From Candidatus Doudnabacteria bacterium (GTDB lineage: Bacteria > Patescibacteriota > Doudnabacteria > UBA920): DNA of 64,000 nucleotides. Where the stretch lies: contig JAEUSF010000004.1 of the NCBI GenBank assembly GCA_016788665.1, positions 29,407-93,406 on the forward strand, read 5' to 3'. The position numbers were made by a program, and so were the translations under genes. Under the pieces are notes generated by a model. That model worked only from the letters and a program-made list of their open reading frames with translations, was not told the origin of the DNA and made no database searches. Positions 9,185 through 19,114 of this stretch are shown one piece after another; position 1 is the stretch's first letter; each line of letters starts with the position of its first letter.

Positions 9185-9556
9185 TTATAAGTTTTTTTTT
9201 GCTGAGTTACTTGAGGCAATCATAATAGCCAATATCTCATGAGCTTCTTGCAAAAGGCTTTCCATTTTATTAAACGGTAATAGAGCCAAATCAATTAACA
9301 ACTCCATCCAAAAAATTGATTCATCGCATTCTTCAATCACAATACCAATTTTCGATATAAACTCAAGCTTAGACCGCGCTCTACACGCTGCCCTATAATT
9401 TGCCCCAACAGAGGTTCCGCATCGGAATAATTGATTCCCAATAATACTTCCTTCGTAATTTTTTGGAAGAGCTCGGCAGAGCTTAACTATCCTTATTGTA
9501 AAAGACTTTGTTCGGATTTTTAAGTCTTTGTCGGGCATAACATTTTGCACTCTCAA
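9185..9556 (-). CDS. Four-helix-bundle protein (23S rRNA intervening-sequence protein family)
   Basis: GSIIGNQLFRCGTSVGANYRAA motif characteristic of the TIGR02436/PF05635 family; 123 aa. Confidence 0.65.
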   Translation of the reverse strand: MRVQNVMPDKDLKIRTKSFTIRIVKLCRALPKNYEGSIIGNQLFRCGTSVGANYRAACRARSKLEFISKIGIVIEECDESIFWMELLIDLALLPFNKMESLLQEAHEILAIMIASSNSAKKNL

Positions 9557-9574
9557 TTTTCAGTTCTTCATTTT

Positions 9575-10540
9575 CTAAACTGTTAAATATCCACCGCCCT
9601 GCTCTACTGCTTTTTCAGCCATTTTATGAACAATGTCATTTAACTCTTCTTCACTGTAAAAGTCTATAAGAATTTTACCCGCTTGGCCTTGTCTTTGAAT
9701 TTTTACCTGAGCCCCAAGCTTTATGCGCAGTTCAGATTCCATTGCCATAAGTTTTGGGTCTGGAGCTGCCGCATCCATACTCTTTTTGGCTGTAAGCTCT
9801 CTAACTTTGTTTTCCACCTGCCTTACAGTCCAGTTATCTTCCATGGCTTTCTTAGCCATTAAAATAATTTTTTCCGGATCTTGTAAACCCAAAAGTCCCC
9901 TGGCATGACCTTCGCTTAAACGGCCTTCTATAACAAACCTCTGAACCTCTGCGGGAAGGTTAAGCAAACGCACAGTATTAGCTACCGCTGGCCTAGACTT
10001 ACCAACCTTTTTAGCCACCTGCTCTTGAGTAAGGCTAAACATAGTCATAAGCTTGCTATAAGCCTGACCATCTTCTATTGGGTTTAGTTCCTGGCGCTGA
10101 ATATTTTCTATAAGTGCAACTTCAAGCTTAGTCTGGTCAACCATTTCTTCCTTAATAATGGCAGGAACCATAGTAAGTCCCGCCAACTGGCTTGCCCGAA
10201 AACGCCTTTCACCCACTACCAACTCATAACCAGTCGGGGTTTTTATAACTACCAAAGGCTGAATAACCCCATGTTCTTTTATGGAGTCGGAAAGCTCTTT
10301 TAAAGCATTTGGTTCAAAAACTTTTCTTGGCTGAAAAGGGTTAGGAACTATTTTATCTATTTCAATCTGGTCAATACGTGCCCCTTCATAAGAAACTCTT
10401 TCAGAGACTTGGGCAGACACAACCGGCACTGCGGCAACAGACGCTTCTGAAACCGGTGGTACAGGAGCAGGCAAAATTGTTTCAAAACTGTCTAACGGCT
10501 GGATAGTTACGCTTGGCTGCGAGATAGAAATTGGGTCCAT
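9575..10540 (-). CDS. parB: ParB/Spo0J-like partition protein with an N-terminal Pro/Val-rich extension
   Basis: LVVGERRFRASQLAGL ParB box, HTH and C-terminal dimerisation region; 321 aa. Confidence 0.8.
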   Translation of the reverse strand: MDPISISQPSVTIQPLDSFETILPAPVPPVSEASVAAVPVVSAQVSERVSYEGARIDQIEIDKIVPNPFQPRKVFEPNALKELSDSIKEHGVIQPLVVIKTPTGYELVVGERRFRASQLAGLTMVPAIIKEEMVDQTKLEVALIENIQRQELNPIEDGQAYSKLMTMFSLTQEQVAKKVGKSRPAVANTVRLLNLPAEVQRFVIEGRLSEGHARGLLGLQDPEKIILMAKKAMEDNWTVRQVENKVRELTAKKSMDAAAPDPKLMAMESELRIKLGAQVKIQRQGQAGKILIDFYSEEELNDIVHKMAEKAVEQGGGYLTV

Positions 10541-10596
10541 GGTTTTTGTATTTACGAAAGTTATTTTACAAGGACAAAATATGCGTCCTGCTCAAA

Positions 10597-10680
10597 TGGT
10601 GGCCGAGGAGAGAGTCGAACTCTCATGGGTTTCCCCGCGCGATTTTGAGTCGCGTGCGTCTGCCATTCCGCCACTCGGCC
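10597..10680 (-). tRNA. tRNA-Leu (anticodon CAA), class II with a long variable arm
   Basis: Hand-folded: acceptor GGCCGAG/CTCGGCC, 3-bp D stem, anticodon loop CTCAAAA, variable hairpin CGGGGAAACCCAT, T-arm GAGAG-TTCGACT-CTCTC, CCA encoded. Confidence 0.85.
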
Positions 10681-10750
10681 CCCATTTAAACAAGAATACC
10701 TTAACTTTTTCCTATTTACTTTAAACGAACCTATATATTTTAGCAAAAGA

Positions 10751-11287
10751 CTAGAAACGGGTAAAGAGCATTTCGGCTAAATAAAAATAGGCCACATATC
10801 CGGTTAAGGCACCCAAAAACCAGCCTCCTAAAACATCCGAAACATAATGATAGCCCAAAATTATTCTACCCATACCCACAAATAATGCGACTCCAAAACC
10901 TACTATGCCCAAAACAGGATTGTAAAAAAACAATACGCTGCTTATGGCGGCAGAACTAATGGCGTGGCCAGATGGAAACGAATCTGGTCTTTTGGTGCCC
11001 CAAGAGAATAACCAGGACTTAGGCTGGGAAAAGTTATAAATCTGATGCGGTCTTTGTGTTTTTATAAACAAATATAAAATTTCGGCTACAACTCCGCGAG
11101 CTAAAACAAATGCCAAAAAAGCCGTAGCCGCTAAAATCCTGCTCTCCGGCCTAACAAGCAAAAAAACTCCTACAGCCAAATAATAAACTATTCCGTACAT
11201 TCCCCAAAACTTCCATATAAACCCAAACCAACTCATGCCTTGAAGTTTTGCCTGCCAAGCAGAATAAGCGCTTTCAGAAATCTTCAT
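10751..11287 (-). CDS. PAP2-family phosphatase (PgpB/BcrC-like)
   Basis: PSGH and HYVSDV PAP2 motifs; 178 aa membrane protein. Confidence 0.7.
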   Translation of the reverse strand: MKISESAYSAWQAKLQGMSWFGFIWKFWGMYGIVYYLAVGVFLLVRPESRILAATAFLAFVLARGVVAEILYLFIKTQRPHQIYNFSQPKSWLFSWGTKRPDSFPSGHAISSAAISSVLFFYNPVLGIVGFGVALFVGMGRIILGYHYVSDVLGGWFLGALTGYVAYFYLAEMLFTRF

Positions 11288-12090
11288 CTTATTAAATAGA
11301 CAATTAAAATTAACGCTGCAACAATAAGTCTATAAAAGGCAAATACCTTAAAATCGTGACTGGCTAAAAACTTTAACAAGTATTTAATCGACAAAAACCC
11401 AAAAATAGCTGCTGAAATAAAACCTACGATTAAAGGACCGTAAGAAACCCCCGCGCCAAACTCCCCAGCCTTAACCAAACCCGCGCCAAAAATTATGGGT
11501 GCCGACATAAGAAAACTAAACCTTGCAGCATCTGCCCGTTTAAAACCTAAAAGCAAGCCCATAGCCATAGTACTTCCGCTTCTGGAGACCCCGGGCACAA
11601 TTGCCAAAGCCTGGCTCAAGCCAACCAACAAAGCATCTTTTCTGGTTATACGGTCTAAATTTTTTTGTTTTTTTCCTAAATAATCTACCGCATAAATTAT
11701 AAAACCGAAAATAGAAAGCGTAAAAGCAATTAACAAAGGATTGCGAAAAGTTTTTTCAGCATGCTCTTCCAAAAGTTTTCCTATAACCGCCCCGGGTACA
11801 CTGGCTAAAATAAGCAACCAAGAAAGTTTTTGATAAATATTATTTTCAAAATTCCTAGTACTCTTAAACAAACTATGCCAAAAACCTCTTATTAAATCTC
11901 TTATGTCAGTTCTAAAATACACCAATACGGCCAAAAGCGTACCCCAGTGTAAAGCCAAGTCAAAGCCTAAACCAGGGTCTTTCCAATTAAAAAGCCAAGG
12001 TGTAATAACTAAATGAGCAGAAGAAGAAATAGGCAAAAACTCTCCCAAACCCTGAACCATACCCAAAATAAACGCCTGGAATATATTCAT
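11284..12090 (-). CDS. uppP: Undecaprenyl-diphosphatase UppP/BacA
   Basis: N-terminus MNIFQAFILGMVQGLGEFLPISSSAHL; 268 aa. Confidence 0.85.
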   Translation of the reverse strand: MNIFQAFILGMVQGLGEFLPISSSAHLVITPWLFNWKDPGLGFDLALHWGTLLAVLVYFRTDIRDLIRGFWHSLFKSTRNFENNIYQKLSWLLILASVPGAVIGKLLEEHAEKTFRNPLLIAFTLSIFGFIIYAVDYLGKKQKNLDRITRKDALLVGLSQALAIVPGVSRSGSTMAMGLLLGFKRADAARFSFLMSAPIIFGAGLVKAGEFGAGVSYGPLIVGFISAAIFGFLSIKYLLKFLASHDFKVFAFYRLIVAALILIVYLIR

Positions 12091-12131
12091 TTATATACAA
12101 ATAATTAATAAATCGCCCAATCAGGTTCTGC

Positions 12132-13385
12132 TCAATTATTTATTCCCGGAACTGGAAATTTTAGAGCAAAAGTTTTTACCTTTTCCTTAATTTCAATAAG
12201 CTTATTATCATTGGCTCTGTTTACCAAAGCTTCGTCTATTAAATCTGCCACTGTCTGCATATCTGCCTCCTTACAACCTCTTGTTGTTAATGCAGGAGTA
12301 CCCAGCCTTATTCCAGAAGGATCTAGCGGTTTTCTCGGGTCAAAGGGAATCATGTTTTTATTTATACTGATACCCACCTTTTCCAAAGTTTTTTCAGCTT
12401 CCTTACCCGTGACTTGTTTGCTACCAAACAAGTCTATAAGCATAAGGTGGTTATCTGTCCCCCCAGAAACAATCCTATAACCTTTTACTTGCAGACATTC
12501 TGCGAGCTTTCTTGCGTTCTGTATAACTTGTTTTGAATACTCAACAAACTCCGGCTTTAAGGCTTCTTTGAAGGCAACAGCCTTGGCAGCGTTTATGTGG
12601 TCATGCGGTCCGCCCTGCACACCCGGAAAAACCGCTTTATCTACGGCACTGGCAAACTTTTCCTTACACATAATAATAGCGCCTCGAGGCCCGCGTAAAG
12701 TTTTGTGGGTAGTTGTAGAAACGACATCGCAATACGGAACCGGATTTTCTAACTGCTTACCCGCTATTAGCCCGGCTATATGAGCAATATCAGCGAATAG
12801 AAAAGCACCTACCTTATCTGCTATTTCCCTAAAGCGTTTCCAGTCTAAAGACCGCGAGTACGCGCTAAAACCTGCCAATATCATTTTTGGCTTTTCTCTT
12901 AAAGCAATTTCCTCAACTTCATCCATATCTATAACTTCCGTTTCTTTTTTTACAAAGTATGGAATTATTGAATATAACTTTCCGCTAAAATTTAAAGGAT
13001 GACCATGGGACAAATGCCCGCCCTGGTCTAACGAGAAACCCAGCACCTTGTCACCTGGGTTTAAAAGTGCCATATACACAGCCAAATTTGCAGGGCTGCC
13101 ACTTAAAGCCTGGACGTTAACATGTTCTGCGCCGAACAAATCTTTAACCCTTTGTATTGCTAAATTTTCCGCTTGGTCTATAACTTCATTACCCCCATAG
13201 TAACGCTTACCCGGATAACCTTCACTATACTTATTGGTTAATATACTACCCATAGCTTCAAGCACAGCCGGCGAAACATAATTTTCAGAAGCAATAAGTT
13301 CTATTTCTTCATTCTGCCTTTTTTCTTCTTTTTTTACTATTTCATATAAATCTGGATCTTGGGTTTGTAAATGTGGGTAATTCAT
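12132..13385 (-). CDS. glyA: Serine hydroxymethyltransferase
   Basis: SENYVSPAVLEAMGS..YSEGYPGKRYYGG; 417 aa. Confidence 0.95.
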   Translation of the reverse strand: MNYPHLQTQDPDLYEIVKKEEKRQNEEIELIASENYVSPAVLEAMGSILTNKYSEGYPGKRYYGGNEVIDQAENLAIQRVKDLFGAEHVNVQALSGSPANLAVYMALLNPGDKVLGFSLDQGGHLSHGHPLNFSGKLYSIIPYFVKKETEVIDMDEVEEIALREKPKMILAGFSAYSRSLDWKRFREIADKVGAFLFADIAHIAGLIAGKQLENPVPYCDVVSTTTHKTLRGPRGAIIMCKEKFASAVDKAVFPGVQGGPHDHINAAKAVAFKEALKPEFVEYSKQVIQNARKLAECLQVKGYRIVSGGTDNHLMLIDLFGSKQVTGKEAEKTLEKVGISINKNMIPFDPRKPLDPSGIRLGTPALTTRGCKEADMQTVADLIDEALVNRANDNKLIEIKEKVKTFALKFPVPGINN

Positions 13386-13396
13386 GAGTTTTTTTA

Positions 13397-13870
13397 TTAA
13401 TACTTACCTATGTGTTTTTCAAAATGATCTTTAAAATTTTTTAAGGCAAAAGAAAATGCACTGTGTAGCGGCGAGGGCATGTTATCCAAAGTAAACCAAT
13501 CCAACTCATCAATTTTTTCAGGTTCGTTATTTTTTGCTTCCTCAGCATTTATTTGTATAAAAAAAGGTATTGCCAACCAGTGATTCACGACTCCATCAAA
13601 TTCTCTTAACACCGAACACGGCGCTACTCTACCAATTATTTTCCCCCTCGCCCCGTACTCCTCCAAAACCTCCTTTAACACATTTTCTTCCGGTGTTAGT
13701 CCAAACTCAAGTTTACCTGCTCCACTATCCCACTTGCCATTTTCATCGCGACAATTTTTACTGCGCCTATGGAGCAATATTCTTCCCTGCCCGTCAGTAC
13801 AATAAAACGGCGTACTCACTCCAATATAATCTACCCCAATCTTCATAGTATTATTTATAATGATATGCAA
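13397..13870 (-). CDS. Nudix hydrolase
   Basis: Nudix box GKLEFGLTPEENVLKEVLEEYG. Confidence 0.65.
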   Translation of the reverse strand: MHIIINNTMKIGVDYIGVSTPFYCTDGQGRILLHRRSKNCRDENGKWDSGAGKLEFGLTPEENVLKEVLEEYGARGKIIGRVAPCSVLREFDGVVNHWLAIPFFIQINAEEAKNNEPEKIDELDWFTLDNMPSPLHSAFSFALKNFKDHFEKHIGKY

Positions 13871-13901
13871 ATTCTAGCTAATTTAGTATTCCAAGGCTTG
13901 T

Positions 13902-15050
13902 CTATATAAACATATACAATAAGGTAAAAAGCCCAGCCAATATAAATAATGCCATAAAGCTTCCAGTAAGTCCAAAAACTATAATGCCTAAAAGACAAGC
14001 CAAAAACTTACCTACCGCCAAACTTTGTTCGAAAAAAACAATGTAAGGCACAACGTGAGTATTTTCAGCTCGAATATATGTCACTGTAGATAACGGTATA
14101 AAAGCTAATTCCTTACTGGTTCGCCCAAGAGAGTCCAAAAAAAATGTGCTCCAAAAACTGACAGCCATAAACCGCATAACCCAAACTATAGAACCAAAAA
14201 ATGCACCTATCCGAATAAGAACTCTTTTAGAATATTGATCGGTAACCTTCCCAATAATTAAAGCCAAAACAGCAGCCAGTAAACTTGCCACGGTCGCCAG
14301 CGCGCCGGCTCTCTCAAAATCTTTCACAATTATATAAATAAAAATAGGCCAGATGTTTAAAGCAAGCATTTCCTCTCCAAACCCCAAATAACCTAAAAAC
14401 TTTTTGGGATAGCTTTTGTACATTTCCCAAGTTTGGCTATATTCATAAACCTTGGGTGTAAAAATCTCCCGAGCTCGAAACAAAGGCACTAAACTAAGCG
14501 TGTATATAACAGAGGTAATTATAAAAGTTATAGTAAATCCAAATCTCTGAGACATAAAGCCTGCAAACAAAGGACCTGCTATGTGAGTCAAGCTAATTAG
14601 TGAATACACAACTCCAAACTCCCTACCAACCTGATCTCGGTCAGCATATCTCGCCATTAAGGAATGAAATCCGGGCCAATAAAAAGTCTTGGACAGCCCG
14701 TATAACAACGCCCCTATAAAAGCAATCGAGTGGTCGTTCTGCGAAGCTATAAGCACCATCCAATATAAAATCTGAAACGGTACCGAAAACGCAATAGCAT
14801 GCTTATACCCATAAAAACTCGCCACCTTTCCACCCAGCGGAATAAAAATTATATAAGTTCCGTAAACCAATGCTGTAAATAACATAACCTGGTTTATAGT
14901 AAAGCCTAAAACCGCATACAAAAAAATCGGCTCGAAAAGAGCCATCATGGACATAGCCAGATTTGCTACCGAAGCATGGGCATAAACCTCACTAATTTCT
15001 TCTTTTATTTTTTTTGAAAAATACTGAGGAAACCTGAAATGCAAAAGCAT
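13902..15050 (-). CDS. MFS-type transporter
   Basis: 382 aa with about 12 TM helices and an MFS-like topology. Confidence 0.55.
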   Translation of the reverse strand: MLLHFRFPQYFSKKIKEEISEVYAHASVANLAMSMMALFEPIFLYAVLGFTINQVMLFTALVYGTYIIFIPLGGKVASFYGYKHAIAFSVPFQILYWMVLIASQNDHSIAFIGALLYGLSKTFYWPGFHSLMARYADRDQVGREFGVVYSLISLTHIAGPLFAGFMSQRFGFTITFIITSVIYTLSLVPLFRAREIFTPKVYEYSQTWEMYKSYPKKFLGYLGFGEEMLALNIWPIFIYIIVKDFERAGALATVASLLAAVLALIIGKVTDQYSKRVLIRIGAFFGSIVWVMRFMAVSFWSTFFLDSLGRTSKELAFIPLSTVTYIRAENTHVVPYIVFFEQSLAVGKFLACLLGIIVFGLTGSFMALFILAGLFTLLYMFI

Positions 15051-15070
15051 GAATATTTTAATTTATATAT

Positions 15071-15733
15071 TTATTTAAATAATATCTTTTTTATTTCTTT
15101 TTCGCTCACAGGACCTTTCCGCAAAATTTCAAAGTTATTTTTCTCCAACTTAACCAAAGTAGAAGGTTTTCTTTTTAGCAACTTACCTGCATTTATAATT
15201 ATGTCTGGTTGAAACTTTTTTACTCTGAACTGTTTATAAACATCTTCTGCCGAATAACTGTCGTAACCGCCGGACAGAAGAGCGGATGGATTTGCACTAG
15301 TTGCTGTTATGGGTCGACCTAAAGCCTTAGCCAAGCCTAAAGCGATTCGATTATTTGGCATCCTGAGCCCTAAAAATCCACTCTTTGCTGTTAATATATT
15401 TAGTATTTCATTCCTAAACTCTTTATTCTTACTTCTTAATACTAAAGTAAGCGGTCCTGGCCAAAATTTAACAGACAATTTTTCTGCCTCCTTATTCCAC
15501 CCTACTAGCCTTTTACCATATGCTTTTGAAGGCACCACGACATGTACCGCTTTCTTAAAACCTCTTTCTTTGACATTATAAAGCTTTTTTACTGCCTTAA
15601 AATTACTTGCATCTACAGCGAGCCCATAGCTGGTGTCCGTTGGGTAAGCAACCACCTTGCCGCTTTTTAAAGCCAACACGCAAGCGTGAATGATTTCTTT
15701 ATGTTGGGATTTTGAATAGTTTAAAATAATCAT
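15071..15733 (-). CDS. tsaC: L-threonylcarbamoyladenylate synthase (YrdC/Sua5 family)
   Basis: VVAYPTDTSYGLAVDA YrdC motif; 220 aa. Confidence 0.8.
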   Translation of the reverse strand: MIILNYSKSQHKEIIHACVLALKSGKVVAYPTDTSYGLAVDASNFKAVKKLYNVKERGFKKAVHVVVPSKAYGKRLVGWNKEAEKLSVKFWPGPLTLVLRSKNKEFRNEILNILTAKSGFLGLRMPNNRIALGLAKALGRPITATSANPSALLSGGYDSYSAEDVYKQFRVKKFQPDIIINAGKLLKRKPSTLVKLEKNNFEILRKGPVSEKEIKKILFK

Positions 15734-15839
15734 ACTTGATACGAATAATCATATGTATGCTAAAGATACAGATAATACTGATTAAAATACATTGGTATTA
15801 TTTGTATAATTAGTATTCAATCCGTATATTAGTATCATT

Positions 15840-18800
15840 TTATATTACTAAGTTTATTATCCTACCCTTAATAAAAATCACTCTCTTTATAGTGTCACCC
15901 ACCAAAGCCTGCTTTACCGGCTCAAGCTTTAAAGCTTCATTCTTCACAGTTTCCTCACTAGCATTTAGAGCAACCCTGAGCTTACCCCTCACCTTGCCAT
16001 TTATTTGAACCACGATTTCGCTTTCACTTTCCAAAATTTTTGACTCGTCGAACAGAGGCCAAACCGCCTGTTGCAATGAGGTAACTTTATTCTTTTTCAG
16101 CTTAAGCACTTCCGCGCTCCTTAGCGCTAATTCTTCAGTTATATAGGGCGCAAAAGGATGAAGGACTTTTATGAATTTCTGCAAAGATTCCAAAGTAATA
16201 AAATCATCTTTAATCTGATTATGAAACTCCATAAAAGCAGAAATTGACGTATTGAACCTAAAATTTTCTATATCTTCCGTAACTTTCTTTATAAGCTTGT
16301 TTAGCTCCCTTTCCACTTTTTGGGTGTCTTGTACCCCTTTTTCCCCCTTCCCTTTTCTTGCCTCATGGGGTGCTTCAATTATTTCATTTGCCCAATTCCA
16401 AACCCTATCTAAAAACCTAGAAACCCCAACCACACCTGTATCAGACCAAGCAACCATAGACTCATGAGGACCTAAAAACATTTCATACATACGCAAAACA
16501 TCGGCCCCGTATTGCTTAACAATAGTCTGCGGATCCACAACGTTACCTCGGCTCTTAGACATTTTTTCACCGTCGGGGCCTAAAATTATACCGTGCGGTT
16601 TTCTTAACACATAAGGCTCCTTTTGACTAACCAAGCCCTGGTCATATAAAAACAAATTCCAAAAGCGACTATACAACAAATGCAAAGTCGTATGCTCCAT
16701 ACCGCCAAAGTACACATCCACCGGAGACCAATATTTTTGCTTTTGTAAGTCTGAAAATTTATTCTTATTTTTTGGGTCCATGTACCGTAGCCAGTACCAA
16801 GAGCTACCTGCCCACTGGGGCATAGTATTGGTTTCTCGCCATGCGGTTTTTTTACATATAGGGCACTTGGTTTTTAGCCAGGACTTTATATCTGCGAGCG
16901 GCGACTCACCTGTTCCGGTAGGTTCATATTTTTTTACATTAGGCAATTTAACAGGTAAATCTTTTTCCGGCACCGGCACCGCACCATGATCTTCACAGTG
17001 TATAAGCGGTATAGGTTCACCCCAATAACGTTGACGACTAAAAACCCAATCACGAAGTTTATAATTAACCACCTGAGTACCAAAAATCTCTGCCATTTTA
17101 GGTATTGCAACATCAGTACCCAAACCATCAAATTGTCCTGAATTAATGACCTTACCGTAGTCGGTAAAACACAAGTCTGAACACTTTTTTGTTATAAAAA
17201 GTAAATCTTTGTACCCTGTATCTGTAGCTTTGGTTTCTAAAACGTCAAGGACTGTAAAACCCAATCCATGTAGTTCTTTACGCATTTCCCCTTCTGTCCA
17301 ATATTTAAAATACCTCTCACTTTCCATCTTTGGATCTTTACCAAACCATTCCTTTGATTTTGCAAAATCCATCACAGAGAAAGCAAAAATACCACCGCGT
17401 TTTAAACTAGCATTAATACTTTTAACAATGATTTTAAACTGATCAGAATTGAAATGCAACAAAACCTTATTTGCAAAGATCAAATCATAAGGCTTAACTT
17501 CAATTTTATCTGTTAAAAGATTAAGCTTAATTACTTCCTTGCCCTGAGATTTCTGATATTCGATAAAGCTTTGTACTCCATCTGTCCTTTGTACTTTGTA
17601 TCCTAAACTTTCTACATAATTTGCATCTAACCCACGACCACTTCCCAATTCTAAAATGCTGGAATCTTTACTCGAAATTTCTTTGAGAAATTTATCTACC
17701 CATAGCTTATATTCACCTTCGACCTGCCTTACTGTTTTTTCTACATATTTACTAGCATTATTTTCATAGGTTTCTAAAGTTGCAAGTTGCTTTGGGTCTA
17801 AAGGAACAATAGGAACAACAACAGTTTTTATAGGCAAATTATATTTTTTCGCAAACTCAAAATCGCGCTGGTCGTGCGCAGGCACAGCCATAATAGCTCC
17901 TGTACCATAACTTCCTAAAACGTAATCCGCAACAAATACCGGAACTTCTTCTTTAGTAGCCGGATTTATAGCCTTTATACCTTTAAGCTCTACTCCGGTT
18001 TTTTCCCTTCCTTCTGCTGTTCTTTCTATATCTGCCTTAGACTTAGCTTTTTCAATGTATTTATTAACTTCTTTATAATTTGAAATTTGTAACTTTAAAT
18101 TTGAAATTATTTCATGTTCTGGAGCAATAACCATATAAGTCGCACCAAAAATAGTATCTGGGCGAGTAGTAAAAACTTTTATTCTTAATTCATAATTCTT
18201 AATTCCAAATTCAATTTCCGCACCCGTGCTTTTTCCAATCCAATTTTCCTGCTGCAATTTAACCGCTTCAGGCCACTGAGGCAGCTCTTTTAAACCTTGA
18301 AGTAGTTTTTCTGCATAAGCGGTAATTCTTAAATACCACTGCCTAAGCTCTTTTTTCTCTACCACGGTTCCGCAGCGTTCACATTTGCCGTCTATAACTT
18401 CTTCATTGGCAAGTCCAGTTTTGTCTTTTGGACACCAGTTAATAAGCCCTGTAGATTCAAAAGCCAGACCTTTTTTATAAAACTGTAAAAATAACCACTG
18501 TGTCCATTTATAATACTCCGGACTTGTAGTATTTATTTCCCTGCCCCAGTCAAACGAAAGCCCCCAAGAAAGCATTTGTTTTTTGGCATTGGCTACATTT
18601 TTCTTGGTAGTAATAGAAGGATGCACACCCATTTTTATAGCATAGTTTTCTGCAGGCAAACCAAAAGCATCCCACCCCATAGGAAATAGAGTTTCAAAGC
18701 CCTTCATACGATGATACCTAGCATAAACGTCCGCAGCTACATAAGGTCTTAAATGGCCCATGTGAAGTCCGGCGCCAGAGGGATAGGGAAATTCAACCAA

Positions 18801-18908
18801 AATATATTTTTTTGGCTTTTTTTTACTCTCGGTAGCTTTAAAAGGTTTTTTTGAAAGCCACTGCTTTTGCCATTTAGCTTCTACTTTTCCTGGATTGTAC
18901 TTTTGCAT
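15840..18908 (-). CDS. leuS: Leucyl-tRNA synthetase with an in-frame class I SAM-dependent methyltransferase domain insertion (about aa 361-585)
   Basis: HMGH, the TTRPDT editing motif, KMSKS and the anticodon-binding C-terminus are all present. At 1022 aa it exceeds the usual ~800-860. The insert carries ILELGSGRGLDANY (motif I) and LKRGGIFAFSV (post-II). Confidence 0.9.
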   Translation of the reverse strand: MQKYNPGKVEAKWQKQWLSKKPFKATESKKKPKKYILVEFPYPSGAGLHMGHLRPYVAADVYARYHRMKGFETLFPMGWDAFGLPAENYAIKMGVHPSITTKKNVANAKKQMLSWGLSFDWGREINTTSPEYYKWTQWLFLQFYKKGLAFESTGLINWCPKDKTGLANEEVIDGKCERCGTVVEKKELRQWYLRITAYAEKLLQGLKELPQWPEAVKLQQENWIGKSTGAEIEFGIKNYELRIKVFTTRPDTIFGATYMVIAPEHEIISNLKLQISNYKEVNKYIEKAKSKADIERTAEGREKTGVELKGIKAINPATKEEVPVFVADYVLGSYGTGAIMAVPAHDQRDFEFAKKYNLPIKTVVVPIVPLDPKQLATLETYENNASKYVEKTVRQVEGEYKLWVDKFLKEISSKDSSILELGSGRGLDANYVESLGYKVQRTDGVQSFIEYQKSQGKEVIKLNLLTDKIEVKPYDLIFANKVLLHFNSDQFKIIVKSINASLKRGGIFAFSVMDFAKSKEWFGKDPKMESERYFKYWTEGEMRKELHGLGFTVLDVLETKATDTGYKDLLFITKKCSDLCFTDYGKVINSGQFDGLGTDVAIPKMAEIFGTQVVNYKLRDWVFSRQRYWGEPIPLIHCEDHGAVPVPEKDLPVKLPNVKKYEPTGTGESPLADIKSWLKTKCPICKKTAWRETNTMPQWAGSSWYWLRYMDPKNKNKFSDLQKQKYWSPVDVYFGGMEHTTLHLLYSRFWNLFLYDQGLVSQKEPYVLRKPHGIILGPDGEKMSKSRGNVVDPQTIVKQYGADVLRMYEMFLGPHESMVAWSDTGVVGVSRFLDRVWNWANEIIEAPHEARKGKGEKGVQDTQKVERELNKLIKKVTEDIENFRFNTSISAFMEFHNQIKDDFITLESLQKFIKVLHPFAPYITEELALRSAEVLKLKKNKVTSLQQAVWPLFDESKILESESEIVVQINGKVRGKLRVALNASEETVKNEALKLEPVKQALVGDTIKRVIFIKGRIINLVI
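18077..18109. repeat. Dispersed AT-rich repeat copy inside leuS (encodes ISNLKLQISNYK)
   Basis: aatttgaaatttgtaactttaaatttgaaatta. Confidence 0.5.
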
Positions 18909-19114
18909 ATGTAAGTTTGACTTAAAATATGGGAATTGATAAATTGTGATTCAGGAGGACCTTAAATGGTCACAGAATGGATATCTTATCCGAAAGACGT
19001 GCTCGACGAAGATTGCAGCACACAACAACCGAGGATAACTACACAGCCCGATACCCCCGTAACCCCTTCGACTGACAAACAGCTTGAATTAGACTGGGAC
19101 CGACACTGCCGGGA

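Noticed and set aside
10539-10746. Two 61-aa ORFs, one on each strand
   Set aside because: They exactly overlap tRNA-Leu(CAA); tRNA G/C content creates open frames.
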